Assembly (NCBI GenBank): GCA_030704615.1
Contig: CM060731.1
Location: forward strand, 21,390,001 to 21,454,000
DNA: 64,000 nucleotides
Reading direction: 5' to 3'
DNA from: Takakia lepidozioides
Lineage: Eukaryota; Plantae; Bryophyta
Shown one piece after another: positions 60,500 through 64,000 of this stretch (the stretch's first letter is position 1; each line of letters starts with the position of its first letter). The notes under the pieces are model-generated. The model made no database searches and was not told the origin of the DNA. It was given only the letters and a program-made list of their open reading frames with translations. Both the position numbers and the translations under genes were made by a program.

Positions 60500-63190
60500 G
60501 TGTGTGATCCTGTGTACGGTGTATCAAGCAGTTTATTCGATCGATAGATCCATGTTAACAAGTAAAATGTGAGGAGGGTCCTTTGAAAGACACGGTTGTT
60601 TGTTATTTATATGTGGAATTCTGGTTGTGCACTACATGATAGATGCAACTCAACAACATGGGTTGGCTGTTGTGGGGATACTTCTCAAAGCTTTTGTAGC
60701 ACCTACAGCAGGCAGCAGGGTTTTGCTTTTCTTCCTGCTTTTGTTGCTTTTCTTTGTTTTTCTGTCTTGAGGTCGAGTAGTTTAAGCAGTCAATGAACAC
60801 AAGGTCAGGTGCTTAAGGTTTGCAAATAATTTATTTATTCCGTAGGATGGAATCTGCTCAGATTCAAGATTGGATTGGATTGTAAGGAATCTCTGCATTT
60901 CATGGTCTGTGATTGACCCTCATGCTTTTCTATACCTTCTCTCTTGCTTTTGTTGCTTTTCTTTGTTTTTCTGTCTTGAGTTTGAGTAGTGCAAGCAGTC
61001 AATGAACAGAAGGTCAACTGCTTAGGGTTTGCAAATAATTTATTTATTCCATAGGATGGAATCTGCTCAGATTCAAGATAGAACAACAATAGAACAATAG
61101 TGGAAAGAAAAGGGACAATTCTTCATGATTAGTTTGTTTCTTAGCTATGGCTAGTGTTAGGGTAGTGACGTGCGGTTAACGATCTCCCTTTGAAGGTGGG
61201 GTTACTTTATTTTCATACTTGCCCTCTAGACACCCGATGACAATGCAAATCAATAATTCTATTGCCGTCGCAAGTGTGCACCGCAGCACTATAGTTCATT
61301 ACTGCATGTTAGCCTCACCTTACCGTGGGCCCAGGTTATGTAGATTCTTGGCACCTTGACTTCAGAATCTTTGCTTGATTATGACCTGTTGTTCTACGAG
61401 CCCACATACTCATGCAGGTACGCTTTAGGACCGTGTAGGCGAGATTCTTCCGGAGCTGTTAGGGTTTCGTGCTAAAATGTGTTTTGCTAGCTCTTTGAAT
61501 GTCCAAGTTTTCCAGACTTAAAAGGACTATTATTTTCTCAAGGTCGGTCAGATTGCGGCAGATGAGGGCAGGTTTGTGTAAGGTTTTTTGTGGTTCTTCT
61601 TTTTCTCTTCGGTGTGTGTTACGGTTTCCCAGTCTATATACATTGTCTATCACTGTTGTGGTTCTTGCCAAGATCCAGGTAGGGTACATGTATTGGTTGT
61701 GCAATTGTTGGTCTTATGATGATTGGCTGTAAGGCCAACCAGAATCTTTTGTCATTACGGCCATGGTGGGTTAAGTTTATGTCACTGTACAACTTCTCCA
61801 GTAAAACCTCTTCTGATCCCTTACAAGCTGATTGACCTCTTTACGCAGTTGGTAGTATCTAGACCAGAGCATTTTTTCATCTTTGATATTACAGCAGTCC
61901 TTATAGAGCGCCTGCCTCTCAGCAATCTTGAGCTTGATCTCATGGGTCCACCAATTTACTGCTCTACCACAGATAATTAGTTTCCTTCCATGACTCGGGT
62001 TAGGGTTTCAAATCTTCATCTGATTTTTGTTACGTCTCTTGCTTCTTGGCTGAATGGTGTTGTGTCTGTCTTCGCAGCCTACTTTCTGTGTGGGATTGTT
62101 GGTTATGGAAACCAGGGTGTCAGATAGTGCGTCATGAAGAGAGTCTGGTGAATGTCGAGGGTTGCCTAGGGCAGTCTGAGCCCGTTTGTTTTTTGTCTGC
62201 AATTCTGATGATGGGCAGGCACATTTGAATTCTTGCAAGTCAATTGGGCAGTTGATTGTTGAACCCGCTGCAGTTGCTGATTTGTTCAATGATTCGTTCA
62301 ATGCGTAGCTTGGAGTCAAGTGTTTGCAATTTTTTTGGTTTCTTGGCTGTGTTGTGCACTCAGGGTTTCAACAGCTTCTCCCAATCCCGTGTGTGATCCT
62401 GTGTACGGTTGATACATGCAGTTTATTCATTCGATAGATCCTGTTAACAAGTAAGTAAATATGAGGGGGGTCCTTTGAAAGACACGGTTGTTTGTTAGGA
62501 CAGGGTATTTCAAACTGAATCTAGTATCTTGAGATATTTGCATATTTTTAGTATTACAAGCAGCTTCTTGGTAGCGTTTATGGTTTGTTTTTTTTTTTCG
62601 TTTATGTTTTTTGCTTTGAACCCTCTGAAGCTGCTGGTATGTTATCAATAGTACAGTGATTGTCTGTCCTTACACCCTCTTCTATTTTTATTCCAAGTCG
62701 TTTTGTTGGTTTGATGGTTTATACTTGTTGGGTTTTCTTTTTTTAAGCACCAGATGAGGGCAGCAGTTTAAAGTGTCTGCGTTCTTGTATCCTTTTCTCT
62801 TCGGTGTGTACGTTTTTCCCAGTCTCTTATACATTGTCTATCACTGTTGTGGTTCTTGCCAAGATCCCAGGTAGGGTACAGTATTGGTTGTGTGCAATTG
62901 TTGGTCTTATGATGATTGGCTGTAAGGCCAACCATAATCTTTTGTCATTACGACCATGGTGGGTTAAGTTTATGTCACTGTTACAACTTCTCCCAGTATA
63001 AGCTCTTCTGATCCCTTACAAGCTGATTGACCTCTTTACGCATTGGTAGTATCTAGACCAGAGCATTGTTTCATCTTTGATATTACAGCAGTCCTTATAG
63101 AGCGCCTGCCTCTCAGCAATCTTGAGCTTGACCTCATGGGTCCACCAATTTACTGCTATACCACAGATAATTAGTTTCCTTCCATGACTC
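60500..63190. repeat. Local direct duplications: 60500-60605 / 62390-62497; 60737-60870 / 60945-61079; 61558-61996 / 62750-63190
   Basis: Direct visual alignment of near-identical blocks. Confidence 0.8.
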
Positions 63191-63545
63191 TATCTGCAGC
63201 AGAAGTGGCGAAGCTCTCCCAAGAATCTACAGCACCTTCTACCTCCCTCCTTGTATCACCATGGCAAGAGGAGAGATCTTGAAGTGACTGTGTAAAGTGT
63301 GGGAGGGCCTCTTTCAAGGCCCAGGACATACTCTGTGATGGGTGGAGTCTGACATATATGCAGTGGGAGAGAGATTGGGAAGAGATTGAAAACTTCTGAA
63401 TATTCCATGACTGATAGAGATAGGTGTGTGTGCTCAGATTTAGGGTTTGGTTACAGGAGATGCTGCCATACAACAGCAGTTTCATCAGTAATTCCATGGT
63501 AAGAGTTTGGATGAATGCAGATCTTTTGAAATTTGACAAAATCTG
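62990..63545 (-). mobile_element. LINE ORF2 fragment (endonuclease-RT linker); shorter copy at about 61790-61996
   Basis: The minus frame reads ...VDSWESFATSAADRVM/GRKLIICG.AVNWWTHE.KLKIAERQALYKD..WSRYYQLRKEVNQLVRDQKR, typical of the WW-containing post-endonuclease linker. Confidence 0.6.
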
Positions 63546-64000
63546 ACTATTTTGCAGGGGGAGAGAGATCTGCGAAGAGATTGAAAACCTCTGGAAACGG
63601 GTTTTCAGGTAGAGCTACTCTGTTACTTGGCCTTCCCTTCCATGTTCCCCTTCTCTTTGCATTTTCTTTGGTCATAGGCTTTGTTGGTGTATCTTTTGTA
63701 TTGTTCAATTATTTGCAAGATAGGATGCTCTTATTTTTCTTCAGATACATGGATCTGTCAGGAGTGACGGAAAGTGTGTGGGTTTTGCTTACAGAATCAG
63801 TGAAGGTGGTTATGCAAGAATGGAAATTGAAATTTTCTGAGTTTTTGGACACGTTCAAAAAGATGGGGTGCAATTTGGCTATACAGAACGTGTGTGCCCT
63901 TCGACCACCGTGGTTATCAAGCATTTTTATACTGGATAAATTAACTGCTCGTTGGACTGACGATGTTGGTGTTGTTGGTTGATTTGTGGGAACGAGCGAA

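Overview
Eukaryotic, intron-containing plant genomic DNA. It is most likely a non-seed land plant, inferred from the Tcn1-like chromovirus, CRE-type LINE and Crinkler-type kinase; the species cannot be determined. The left 13 kb holds two minus-strand host genes: the 5' part of chloroplast ferredoxin C2 (FdC2) and a complete 14-exon class II histone deacetylase of HDA5 type. From about 13.9 to 56.5 kb is a nested stack of mostly decayed transposons: a CRE-like non-LTR element with a SINE inside it; a hairpin-repeat array with a TTAA-flanked piggyBac-like MITE; a Ty3/Gypsy element whose pol carries a C5-cytosine DNA methyltransferase between protease and RT plus a C-terminal PHD finger; a Tcn1-like chromovirus; a REase-kinase pseudogene; and a Crypton-like fragment. 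It also holds several pieces of what looks like one large cargo-carrying Mutator-like DNA transposon. Those pieces comprise a GCM-like/DDE/SWIM transposase, intron-containing beta-class amino-(6mA/4mC) methyltransferase genes, a ParB-like fragment, a pair of unknown paralogues and long arrays of the palindrome GGAAATGCGG-YR-CCGCATTTCC. The right end has a DNA primase small-subunit pseudogene and local duplications. The two methyltransferase-bearing transposon systems are the most notable findings. All calls are by eye, without database searches.
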